From: Octopus sinensis
Lineage: Eukaryota
Reading direction: 5' to 3'
Assembly (NCBI RefSeq): GCF_006345805.1
Contig: NW_021826956.1
Location: 1 to 11,567 of the forward strand
DNA: 11,567 bases
The translations under genes and the position numbers were made by a program. Each line of letters starts with the position of its first letter. Positions within the stretch are counted from its first letter, which is position 1. Shown here piece after piece: positions 9,572 to 11,567 of this stretch. The notes under the pieces were generated by a model. The model saw only the letters and a list, made by a program, of their open reading frames with translations. It was not told where the DNA came from and ran no database searches.

Positions 9572-9669
9572 TCTTTATACGATGCATCGTTTCAGTGTCT
9601 TTAATGATAGACCAGCTTAATTAAATTAAATTAGCTAGTCTACCATAGGTCACACTTCATCAGTAAAGA
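9572..9669 (-). ncRNA. Type I hammerhead ribozyme
   Basis: Minus strand: UCUUUA - CUGAUGA - AGUGU...ACACU - GAA - ACGAUGCAUCGU - A - UAAAGA. GUA triplet; predicted cleavage between 9578 and 9577. Confidence 0.9.
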
Positions 9670-10030
9670 AACCTGGGAGAGACGGATATACACGAGGCGA
9701 CTGTATCAATGCCTCGGGAATATCTGTCTTAAAATTTCAAACCAACGCATTCTCGCCAAACTTATCGGCAGCAAATAAAAACTGCCGATTCAATCTCAGA
9801 ATTAGTCAGAAATTATCAATTAATCAATTTAGCGATAATTTTTACTGAATTTTTTGCTACCCTAAATTTGATAATTGATAATTTTTGCTAATTCTTAAAT
9901 TCTGAGATTGAATCGGCAGTTATATTTGCTGCCGATAAGTTTGGCGCGAATGCGTTGTCTTGAAAATTTTAAGACAGATATTCCCGAGGCTTGATACAGT
10001 CGCCTCGTGTATATCCGTCTCTCCCAGTTT

Positions 10031-10131
10031 TCTTTTACTGATGAAGTGTGACCTATGGTAGACTAGCTTAATTTAATTTAATTAAGCTGGTCTATCATTA
10101 AAGACACTGAAACGATGCATCGTATAAAAGA
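10031..10131 (+). ncRNA. Type I hammerhead ribozyme
   Basis: Stem I UCUUUUA (10031-10037)/UAAAAGA (10125-10131). Core CUGAUGA 10038-10044. Stem II 10045-10108. GAAA 10109-10112. Palindromic stem III 10112-10123. GUA triplet; cleavage predicted after 10124. Confidence 0.92.
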
Positions 10132-10250
10132 TGAATTAGGGTAAATGTTTTTAAATTTTCACCTTATTTCCGAATTACACTACTTGGCGGTTGGAGTTAT
10201 GGCTGCTCTTTCTGGTGGACGAATGCCTGTTTAGGCCATTCCTAATTGTT

Positions 10251-10318
10251 ATATATATATATATATATAATATATATATATAATATATATATAATATAAT
10301 ATATATAAATATATAAAC
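10251..10318. repeat. (TA)n microsatellite
   Basis: Direct reading. Confidence 0.95.
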
Positions 10319-10819
10319 ACATACATACGTGTGTGGCGTATATATATGTGTGTAACTGTGAATTATATACATGCCTATTTCCATATACATATATTATATT
10401 CCAAAACGGTATCGTGAAAGAACACCAAAGAAAGGAAATACCAATTTTATATACTATTTTTCGACGGTAGAAGGGAAAAAGAAAAAAGTCATAGATATAT
10501 TCTTTTTATCTAACTTTTTGTCCATCATCAAAGAAAATAAGTAATGAAGAAAATAATTATGGCAAGGAATGGCATTATACTGTGTCAATATATTTTGTCC
10601 TACTTCCTGGAGGAATTCTGGACAGGTCACCGACACATTTTGACTTCGTCTTCCTCTGAGTTAATATAATATACCGCTTGGCACGTAAATGAATATTGGA
10701 AGTACTTTGATGTATTGATTAAGTCAACGTAGTTTAACTTGAGAAAGAATTAATATCCATGTAAGAGTGTAAGCGTATACACACATAAACGTATAACCAT
10801 GCGTATAGACAGACAGACG

Positions 10820-10922
<103 letters not shown>

Positions 10923-11130
10923 GGATAGATCGGAAAGCAGATAGGTAGGTATGTATATATCTTGGGACACTCCTGCAGTTGTGGATTACCGATAATCAGT
11001 GGACTTCCCAACATCGATGCCTCCTTCATAAACTAGAATATTTACCTGTTGATTTGTGTTTTATCGTATAACCATTAATATGATCCGCTTAACTTTGATA
11101 TTCTCCAATCTTAATTGATGATATTTAATG

Positions 11131-11241
11131 TACATACATATATACATACATACATACATACATACATACATACATACATACATACATACATACATACATA
11201 CATACATACATAAATACATACATACATACATAAATACATAC
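11131..11241. repeat. (TACA)n microsatellite
   Basis: Direct reading. Confidence 0.97.
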
Positions 11242-11319
11242 CCGGTTGCTGAAGTCGAAATTCCAATGAAGGAGCCTTGGATCTAGGTTAGAAATGCGTG
11301 TGTTTGTGTGTGTTCGGCA

Positions 11320-11503
11320 TGATAGATCGCTAGCCACTACACATTGTTTATTTACTCTCCTTGTTTCTTTCTGTGTTCATTTCTGTAGAAGAGCGTAGGC
11401 TCGAAACGTTAAAACTTTTTCACTTCCCGAGCGTTATACTAATACATCTGTTTGTTATCTACACCACATGTCTTCGTCTTTTGTTTTCGTGTGAATTCTC
11501 CCT
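11320..11503 (+). mobile_element. Short non-coding repeat with minimal hammerhead-like core (family B, copy 2)
   Basis: CUGUAGA-A-GAGC-GUAG-GCUC-GAAACGUU (11383-11410), then TTCCCGAGCGT, TAATAC, TTTGTT, CATGTC as in 4337-4530. Ends in (TA)n. 5' boundary uncertain. Confidence 0.5.
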
Positions 11504-11536
11504 ATATATGAATATAAATATATATATATATATATA

Positions 11537-11567
<31 letters not shown>
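11503..11567. repeat. (TA)n microsatellite running off the window
   Basis: Direct reading. Confidence 0.95.

Larger units (their letters stand above)
9353..10254. mobile_element. Hammerhead-bearing non-coding element, version B: terminally redundant monomer plus inverted duplicate
   Basis: ATTAATCAATTTAG recurs at 9353 and 9819 (period 466). Near-identical inverted arms ~9448-9832 and ~9862-10254, one hammerhead per arm. (TA)-rich flanks. Homologous to 362-844. Confidence 0.85.

Noticed and set aside
9448-10254. Interpretation of the palindrome as a foldback/MITE DNA transposon with long TIRs
   Set aside because: The arm also occurs unpaired (362-734) and with a direct terminal redundancy (9353-9436), carries a strand-specific ribozyme, and the centre is a microhomology junction within the unit.
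11262-11294. CCAAUGA-AGGAGCC...AGGUUA-GAAA hammerhead-like spacing
   Set aside because: Core mismatched, stem II weak, and no stem III or cleavage triplet follows.

Overview
Repeat-dense eukaryotic (animal) non-genic DNA. The tRNA-derived SINE types and extreme microsatellite density resemble octopus/coleoid cephalopod genomes (inference, not verified). No intact host gene is supported; almost all listed ORFs are translated microsatellites or SINEs. Ordinary content: several tRNA-derived SINEs (two with clear TSDs, plus a tandem trimer), an internally deleted Tc1 element with long TIRs, a TTAA-flanked piggyBac-like MITE, an RTE-like LINE 3' end, and two decayed Penelope-like (PLE) reverse-transcriptase fragments. 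The main signal is a non-coding, highly structured repeat present as two diverged versions (~362-844 and ~9353-10254). It carries three complete type I hammerhead ribozymes (457-552 -, 9572-9669 -, 10031-10131 +) whose helices covary between versions, with a palindromic stem III and a very long stem II. The element is terminally redundant (period ~466 nt), folds back into inverted duplications and sits in (TA)n tracts, as expected for a retrozyme-like or non-autonomous Penelope system. A second ~190-bp family carries a minimal hammerhead-like core (4441-4467, 11383-11410).
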